From: Parcubacteria group bacterium
GTDB lineage: Bacteria; Patescibacteriota; Minisyncoccia; Phycocordibacterales; Phycocordibacteraceae
Reading direction: 5' to 3'
DNA length: 60,754 nucleotides
NCBI GenBank assembly: GCA_028286945.1
Contig: JAQBQR010000005.1
Coordinates: 1 to 60,754, forward strand
In this document: positions 55,054 through 60,754 of the stretch, in pieces
Layout: each line of letters begins with the position of its first letter
Position numbering within the stretch: the first letter of the stretch is position 1
The notes under the pieces: model-generated
What the model saw: only the letters and a program-made list of their open reading frames with translations
What the model was told of the DNA's origin: nothing
Databases searched by the model: none
Made by a program: the position numbers and the translations under genes

Positions 55054-57225
55054 CTACTCCATGTAGAGTTTCTGGAGTTTCTCACGAACAATGGGCGCCA
55101 GAGTAGGGTAGCTAGTGAGTTCGGGATCAGTTTCAATAACTTTGGCGGCCTCGGTACGGGCTGCTTCAACGAGTCTCAGGTTCTTAATGGCTTCCATGGC
55201 AATGTCCGAAACACCCCATTGGCGGTTTCCAGCTAGCTCCCCAGCACCACGGAGCGCAAGGTCATACTCAGCCAGCTCGAAGCCATCCTTTGCAGTGGTG
55301 AGTGCTTTCAGGCGGTCTTTTGTAGAAGGGCCGTACGACTCAGGTAGTACAAAGCAATACGCCTGGTTATTTGAACGAATGACGCGGCCACGGAGCTGAT
55401 GAAGCTGTGCGAGTCCGAAGCGTTCAGCACCTTCAATAAGAATCACGGTGGCATTCGGAACATTCACGCCCACTTCCACCACCGAGGTGGCGCAAAGAAT
55501 ATTTGTCGTGCCTTTTTCAAATGCCTGCATGCTTTTCTCTTTTTCAGCCGGTGTCATCTTACTGTGAAGAATGCCAATGGTGGCATCCGGGAATACTTCT
55601 TTCTTCAAGCGTTCTGCTTCTGCTTTAACTGAGCGTGCTTGAACCGCCAATTCCTTATTTGGATCTGGTTCATCAATACGCGGGCAGATGACATACGCCT
55701 GGCGTCCTGCAGCTAACTCCTTTCGCACGCGGTCATACCCTTCGTCACGTTTTTCTGGGCCAAGTACTTCAGTAATGATCGGCTTTCGTCCTGATGGCAT
55801 TTGATCAAGAACTGAGAGATCCAAGTCACCGTATAAGGTGAGGGCTAGGGTGCGGGGAATAGGCGTTGCCGTCATTGAAAGAAGGTGCGGTGAAATAGCG
55901 TGCTTCTTCGTGAGCTTCTGGCGGTGTGCTTTTCCAAAGCGATGCTGCTCGTCGATGATGGCGTATGCCAAGTTCTGGAACTCAAGTGATTTATATACGA
56001 GTGCATGCGTACCGATGACGATGGGTATTTCACCGCTTGCTACCCACTTCGCAAACTGCGCGCGCGATACTTTTGCCGATTCTTCGTACGGGACTTTGCT
56101 GGGGAACTTACGGCATTCGCTACCGGTAATAAGGCCAATAGGGATTGGATGGTCTTTAAAGTATGAAACAAAGGTAGAGAAGTGCTGCTTCGCGAGGATT
56201 TCTGTTGGACACATGTAGGCCACCTGAAGAGTTCCTGATTTCCGTCCGGGTGGTTTGCTGGTGGCCACAAGGTAGGCGGTCGCGGCAGCGACCGCCGTCT
56301 TTCCACTGCCCACGTCACCTTCAAGGAGGCGACGCATTGGATGTGCTTTCTCAAAGTCAGCGACAATAGTCTCGATGGACCGAAGCTGCGCTTCGGTCGC
56401 CGGAAACGGAAACGTTGAAACAAAGTCCTTTAAATCTTTTCGGTCAACATTCACTGGCAATGATTTTTCCTTCACGGCTTCCGCGCGCTCCTTCTGAAGC
56501 GCTAGCTGCAACGTAAATATTTCTTCAAAGGCAAAGCGTTTTCGTGCCGCGTCTGCGTCCGACTGTTTGCGTGGCGCATGCATCCACACAAGTGCGGTGG
56601 AGAGTGACGGCAGGTTATATCGCTCAAGGATGTCTGCAGGAAGAGGGTCTACAATCTCCTCGTGCACGTGTGCCTCAAATACTTTCTTTAGCGCGTGTAA
56701 AAACCAGAGTGAAGAAATACCCCGGCTCTCTGGATAAATAGCATATAAGGTGTCGTCGATGATGGCAGTGGCTTCATTTGTGGTGAAAAGTGACTCGTGC
56801 ACTTCATCAGGACGTACTGGTGACTTATCAATCTCAGGATTCGCCAAGTATATTTTCGTACCCGTTCCCGCAATCTTTCCCGATGCTTTTACCACCATCC
56901 CGTCAGCAACCATCTTCGCCATGTACGGCTGCGAAAACCACATAAGCTTAATGCGGCCGGACGCGTCTTCAAGCCATGCCTCTGCCATTGGTCGCTTACT
57001 CTTCCACGCTTTGCGCGTTTCAGGTTTGCGAATGGTACCGAACAGAGTTACTTCGCTACCGGGAGTGACGCTGGCTACGGTGCCGGTGGGTCCTGACGCC
57101 TCATAACGCGCAGGGAAGTGGTACATGAGGTCACGAATAGTCCGAATACCAAGGCGGGTAAGCGCGGTCTTTTGATCAGCACGCAGACGTGAAAAATGTT
57201 CAATAACGAGATCACCTTCCTTCAT
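55054..57225 (-). CDS. recG: ATP-dependent DNA helicase RecG
   Basis: RLLEGDVGSGKT, PTEILAKQH, IIDEQHRFG, MTATPIPRTL, AERFGLAQLHQLRGRV; start moved to ATG 57225. Confidence 0.97.
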   Translation of the reverse strand: MKEGDLVIEHFSRLRADQKTALTRLGIRTIRDLMYHFPARYEASGPTGTVASVTPGSEVTLFGTIRKPETRKAWKSKRPMAEAWLEDASGRIKLMWFSQPYMAKMVADGMVVKASGKIAGTGTKIYLANPEIDKSPVRPDEVHESLFTTNEATAIIDDTLYAIYPESRGISSLWFLHALKKVFEAHVHEEIVDPLPADILERYNLPSLSTALVWMHAPRKQSDADAARKRFAFEEIFTLQLALQKERAEAVKEKSLPVNVDRKDLKDFVSTFPFPATEAQLRSIETIVADFEKAHPMRRLLEGDVGSGKTAVAAATAYLVATSKPPGRKSGTLQVAYMCPTEILAKQHFSTFVSYFKDHPIPIGLITGSECRKFPSKVPYEESAKVSRAQFAKWVASGEIPIVIGTHALVYKSLEFQNLAYAIIDEQHRFGKAHRQKLTKKHAISPHLLSMTATPIPRTLALTLYGDLDLSVLDQMPSGRKPIITEVLGPEKRDEGYDRVRKELAAGRQAYVICPRIDEPDPNKELAVQARSVKAEAERLKKEVFPDATIGILHSKMTPAEKEKSMQAFEKGTTNILCATSVVEVGVNVPNATVILIEGAERFGLAQLHQLRGRVIRSNNQAYCFVLPESYGPSTKDRLKALTTAKDGFELAEYDLALRGAGELAGNRQWGVSDIAMEAIKNLRLVEAARTEAAKVIETDPELTSYPTLAPIVREKLQKLYME

Positions 57226-57310
57226 ATACTGAGTATACGCTTTTCGATTTAAGACGCCTCCTCTCGTTCTCAACACCCGCATACACTCGCATATGTCGTA
57301 TAGTGGAGGT

Positions 57311-58837
57311 ATGAAAAGCTCTTTAATCACTACGCTTGTCCTCCTTTTAGTACTTGGCATTGCCATACCGACCACCTTTGCGCTTACGGGCACACAGCAG
57401 GCAACAGATAGAAAAACCGCAACGCTACCCGAGCTCATGCAGAAGTATTCGTCGGCTAATTCTGGAAAAAAGGTCCGCATCCTTATAATGCCTGGTCACG
57501 AACCGGGCTTTGGAGGCGCCGAGTATCAAAACACCTACGAACGAGAGATTACCGTTGAGATCGCAGATGAACTCGCGAATTACTTGAAGAACAACCCACG
57601 CTTTGAAGTGATCGTTGCTCGTTCTAATACGAGCTGGACTCAAGACCTGGCTAACTACTTCCAGACAAATGGATCTTCAATACAAAGTTTCGTTACCGAC
57701 CATAAGAACGCGTTTGCGAAATTGCTCGGGGAAGGACAAATAACGCAGCGTGCTGAATCAGACCAGGTAGTGCATGCAGCAGCGCTCGATGACGTGGCCA
57801 TGCGCCTATACGGCATAAACAAGTGGGCGAATGAGAACAACATTGATCTGGTACTGCATATTCATTTAAATGATTCGCCTGATCATGGACCAGACACTCC
57901 AAGCCAAGCATCAGGTTTTGCCGTATACATTCCTGATGCGCAGTACGGAAATGCAGCAACGTCTCGGCCATTCGGAGAAGCGGTCGCTGCCCGACTCTCA
58001 ACACTCGTTGCAACCTCAACACTTCCAATCGAAAACAAAGGGGTGGTGGAAGATCAGCAACTCATTGCGCTGGGTGCGTACAACACGCTCTCCGTCCCGA
58101 GCGCACTAGTGGAATATTCATACATCACCGAACCACAGTTAGTACATCCTGAAATTCGCCAATTAGTAGCGAAGGACTATGCGTACGAAACGTATTTAGG
58201 TATTCAAGACTTTTTCAAAGATTCTGTCTTCTCGAAATATCCCTCAGCCTCACTCCCATTTACGTTTGCCACTGATTCGTTAGGTACAGGAAGTTCAAGC
58301 CCCGCTGCATACACGCTCCAAGCAGCACTTCACACCCTTAACTTCTATCCAGCGTTCGCTTCAACCACGCCAGCAAATGTGCGTCTGATGGCCCCTACAC
58401 TTACCACGTGTCCTATTAACGGAATGTTAGGTGCGTGTACCACGAATGCAATTGAAGCGTTCCAGATTGCAAAAGGTATTCCTGTTACAGGTACGCTAAG
58501 TACCACGACGGTTAACGCCTTAAATACGCTCTTCAGTAATGTGCCGGTACCAATACAAACTCTTACAACGGGAGCGTGTCCTTTGTCTACAAAAGCAATT
58601 ACCCTCGGTGCGAAAGATAAGGGAACTAATGACGCCGTTGCGCGGCTTCAGACTGTTCTCTCGTCTGATGCAGTTTTTTATCCTGGCAGACAAGTAACGG
58701 GTACCTTTGGACCTGCAACACTTACTGCCGTTAAGAGCTTCCAGATAGCGCATGGACTCGCTAAGAAGGGAGGTCCGGGATATGGAATCGTCGGACCGAA
58801 GACACGCGCGGCGCTTGAGACTGTTTACTGCTCGTAA
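57311..58837 (+). CDS. N-acetylmuramoyl-L-alanine amidase (Amidase_3) with two peptidoglycan-binding domains
   Basis: Signal peptide; PGH...E, HIHLN, ALVEYSY; LQ..L...G.FGPAT..AVKSFQ...G.VGPKT. Confidence 0.85.
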   Translation: MKSSLITTLVLLLVLGIAIPTTFALTGTQQATDRKTATLPELMQKYSSANSGKKVRILIMPGHEPGFGGAEYQNTYEREITVEIADELANYLKNNPRFEVIVARSNTSWTQDLANYFQTNGSSIQSFVTDHKNAFAKLLGEGQITQRAESDQVVHAAALDDVAMRLYGINKWANENNIDLVLHIHLNDSPDHGPDTPSQASGFAVYIPDAQYGNAATSRPFGEAVAARLSTLVATSTLPIENKGVVEDQQLIALGAYNTLSVPSALVEYSYITEPQLVHPEIRQLVAKDYAYETYLGIQDFFKDSVFSKYPSASLPFTFATDSLGTGSSSPAAYTLQAALHTLNFYPAFASTTPANVRLMAPTLTTCPINGMLGACTTNAIEAFQIAKGIPVTGTLSTTTVNALNTLFSNVPVPIQTLTTGACPLSTKAITLGAKDKGTNDAVARLQTVLSSDAVFYPGRQVTGTFGPATLTAVKSFQIAHGLAKKGGPGYGIVGPKTRAALETVYCS

Positions 58838-58878
58838 GTTCGATCCCTGCTCTGTCCGCAAGGTGATATGCTTAGAAA

Positions 58879-59235
58879 ATGCTAGGAAATATTTACATTC
58901 TTGCAGTCTTTATAGTTATTGTCGGGGCCGTCCTGAAAGGGCTCCTTGGCATTAGTATATTTGGAGCGGGTCTTGCAGGAATTATAGCTGGAGTTTTATA
59001 TGCGAAGTTTCAAAAAGGCGTGATTCCCCTTAAGAAGGCTTTAGTTATCGCTGTGCCTTATACGTTGCTCTCACTGACTTCGACTTTACTTTTTGGGGAG
59101 GCGCCAAGCCAATACTCACGCGGAACGAATATCGGGATTAGTGTGCTCTTCTTCATTATTGGGGTCCTAATTATATATGTCGGTCTTTTACTTGGCAGCT
59201 GGCTCTACGTAAAGACCACAGGACAGACGAAGTAG
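58879..59235 (+). CDS. Small membrane protein
   Basis: 118 aa, about four TMs. Confidence 0.7.
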   Translation: MLGNIYILAVFIVIVGAVLKGLLGISIFGAGLAGIIAGVLYAKFQKGVIPLKKALVIAVPYTLLSLTSTLLFGEAPSQYSRGTNIGISVLFFIIGVLIIYVGLLLGSWLYVKTTGQTK

Positions 59236-59289
59236 GCAAAAAAGTTCTAATGTTGACCCGCTCTCCCTGAGAACTGTTAAAATGTGCTC

Positions 59290-59736
59290 ATGCAAGAATC
59301 TAAGAATATTTACGACTATCCTTTGCTTGATTATCGAACTCCTGAGGAAGGTTCTGAAGCACATACTGGGGACCTTAGATATTCTATTGATTGGGACTGC
59401 CCGGAGGGTACAGAAATATATGCTGCGTGTACTGGTACTGTAGTGTTCGTAAAGGATGACTCTAACGAGGGTGGTGAAAAAGACGAAAAGTACTGGTATT
59501 CAGGAAATCGTATTGTTATAGAACATGAGAACGGTGAATATAGCGCCTATGAGCATCTGCGCTACCGAGGCGTAGTCGTAAGGGTTGGTGAAAAGGTCGT
59601 ACAAGGTCAGCTCATCGGATACTCAGGTAATACTGGCTATGGTGATGGCCCACATCTCCACTTTGAAGTATTTATTGATCCATCAGAAGACAGAGCTGAA
59701 GGAAAGACAGTTCCAGTTCGGTTTATTGGCAGCTAA
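59290..59736 (+). CDS. M23 family metallopeptidase
   Basis: H...SID, GNRIVIEH, YEHL, GYSGNTG...PHLHFEV. Confidence 0.9.
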   Translation: MQESKNIYDYPLLDYRTPEEGSEAHTGDLRYSIDWDCPEGTEIYAACTGTVVFVKDDSNEGGEKDEKYWYSGNRIVIEHENGEYSAYEHLRYRGVVVRVGEKVVQGQLIGYSGNTGYGDGPHLHFEVFIDPSEDRAEGKTVPVRFIGS

Positions 59737-59819
59737 TTAAGTTCAACGTTGACACAGTCTGTCAGCAACATTTGATAAAAGTGATATGGTGGGTACAGCT
59801 CTTTGAAAGGAACCAAGCC

Positions 59820-60416
59820 ATGGGCGAAACGCCTGACTATCTGACGCTCGATGAGCTTATCGATCTCATCGATGAACCGAACCGCAGCGCCTGCATTCGC
59901 ATCCTGGACGAACACCGGCCTCTTTTCGAGATGGCGCGAGGCTCAACCCACAACCACCAAACGTGGGACGGCGGATACATCGATCACGTCACCGACGGCA
60001 TGAACTTCGGCCGTCACTTGTACCCGTTCATGATGTCCTTCGGTAGACCTCTGCCGTTTTCGCTCTCCGACGCGCTGTTGGTCTTCTTCTTGCACGACCT
60101 GGAAAAGCCCTGGCGCATTCTCGTGAACGAGGCGGGTGATGCTACCAACCGTGAAGGACTTTCCACCAAGGAAGAATTCAAAGCGTTCCGTGAGGCGAAG
60201 CTCGTCGAGTACGGCATCATGCTCACCTCCGAGCAACTCAACGGTCTGACCTACGTCGAGGGGGAGTACAAAGATTACAGCAGTTTGCATCGCGTCATGA
60301 ATGAGCTCGCCGCGTTCTGCCACATGTTGGACAACTGGTGCGCTCGCGGCTGGCACGACTATCCCAAAGCAGAAGGAGACGAATGGATCGACGCTGGTCG
60401 ATTCCGTACAACTTAG
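59820..60416 (+). CDS. HD-domain hydrolase
   Basis: STHNHQTWDGGYIDHV...FLHDLEK; SD GAAAGGAA. Confidence 0.75.
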   Translation: MGETPDYLTLDELIDLIDEPNRSACIRILDEHRPLFEMARGSTHNHQTWDGGYIDHVTDGMNFGRHLYPFMMSFGRPLPFSLSDALLVFFLHDLEKPWRILVNEAGDATNREGLSTKEEFKAFREAKLVEYGIMLTSEQLNGLTYVEGEYKDYSSLHRVMNELAAFCHMLDNWCARGWHDYPKAEGDEWIDAGRFRTT

Positions 60417-60510
60417 AAGACGCCGCCCGGCTCAAACCGGGCGGCACTTTCTTTTTATAAATAGGTTCCAACATCTCCCTACGTTGTCAGCAATGCTGTA
60501 AACTTTGTAC

Positions 60511-60754
60511 ATGCCATACATAAAGCCTGCACAGCGTCCCCAAATAGATGAATTGATCAATCCGCTCATTGAGTACCTGAAATCTCTCCCAGTTGAGGAG
60601 CAAGATGGTTCTCTTAACTACGCTGTTACGAGAATCTTAAAGGGTCTTTATCCGATGAAGTATTTTCATCTTAATAGAGCGCTCGGTGTTCTTGCCGCAA
60701 TAACCCAAGAGTTTTATAGAGTAGTAATCGGGCCCTATGAAGATACAAAGATTA
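60511..60754 (+). CDS. Partial hypothetical protein (DUF6899-like), runs off the window
   Basis: MPYIKPAQR...GSLNYAVTRI...LGVL...EFYR...PYEDTKI, open to window end. Confidence 0.65.
   Translation, partial: MPYIKPAQRPQIDELINPLIEYLKSLPVEEQDGSLNYAVTRILKGLYPMKYFHLNRALGVLAAITQEFYRVVIGPYEDTKI

Noticed and set aside
57226..57480. 85-aa N-terminal extension of RecG in the ORF track
   Set aside because: Overlaps the divergent amidase gene; a -10 box sits 6 nt before ATG 57225.
1..60754. Alternative genetic code 25 (TGA = Gly)
   Set aside because: Conserved genes are full length under code 11, and TGA terminates genes such as adk (22984) and rpsN (14829 region uses a normal stop).
1..60754. Prophage, IS element, DGR or rRNA
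   Set aside because: No integrase, transposase, reverse transcriptase, phage structural gene or rRNA-like sequence recognised.

Overview
This looks like a chromosomal segment of a Patescibacteria (CPR) bacterium, most likely Parcubacteria. The supporting signs are the missing rpmD/uL30 between rpsE and rplO, core genes without Shine-Dalgarno (SD) sites, TrmB-type regulators and standard genetic code 11. Positions 1-18.6 kb hold tuf-rpsJ and the S10/spc ribosomal protein cluster through secY. The cluster is broken three times by terminators, inserted accessory genes and new sigma70 promoters. The rest carries gmk-adk-map, ndk, a heterodimeric ABC exporter, a beta-CASP nuclease, a MurL-like epimerase, infC-rpmI-rplT, mscL, padR-pspC, Fpg/Nei, an M17 aminopeptidase, smpB with tmRNA, ftsH, tRNA-Ile(UAU), recG and cell-wall hydrolases. 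The best candidate for an undescribed system is at 42.7-45.1 kb. There a TrmB regulator is divergent from an atypical radical SAM enzyme, followed by three tandem paralogous 29-codon cationic peptide genes (MxAxY[S/A]GxL...RR motif, third copy frameshifted) that the ORF track misses, suggesting a RiPP-like cluster. A second TrmB locus (19.6-21.7 kb) faces two unrelated genes wrapped in the same 5' leader and 3' structured tail, like cassettes. Other observations are four orphan promoter-structured RNA-terminator units, pervasive leaderless genes, a 28-residue tmRNA tag and a 5-hmdU-kinase helical-domain gene abutting the tRNA. All functional calls come from motif recognition by eye; no database searches were run.
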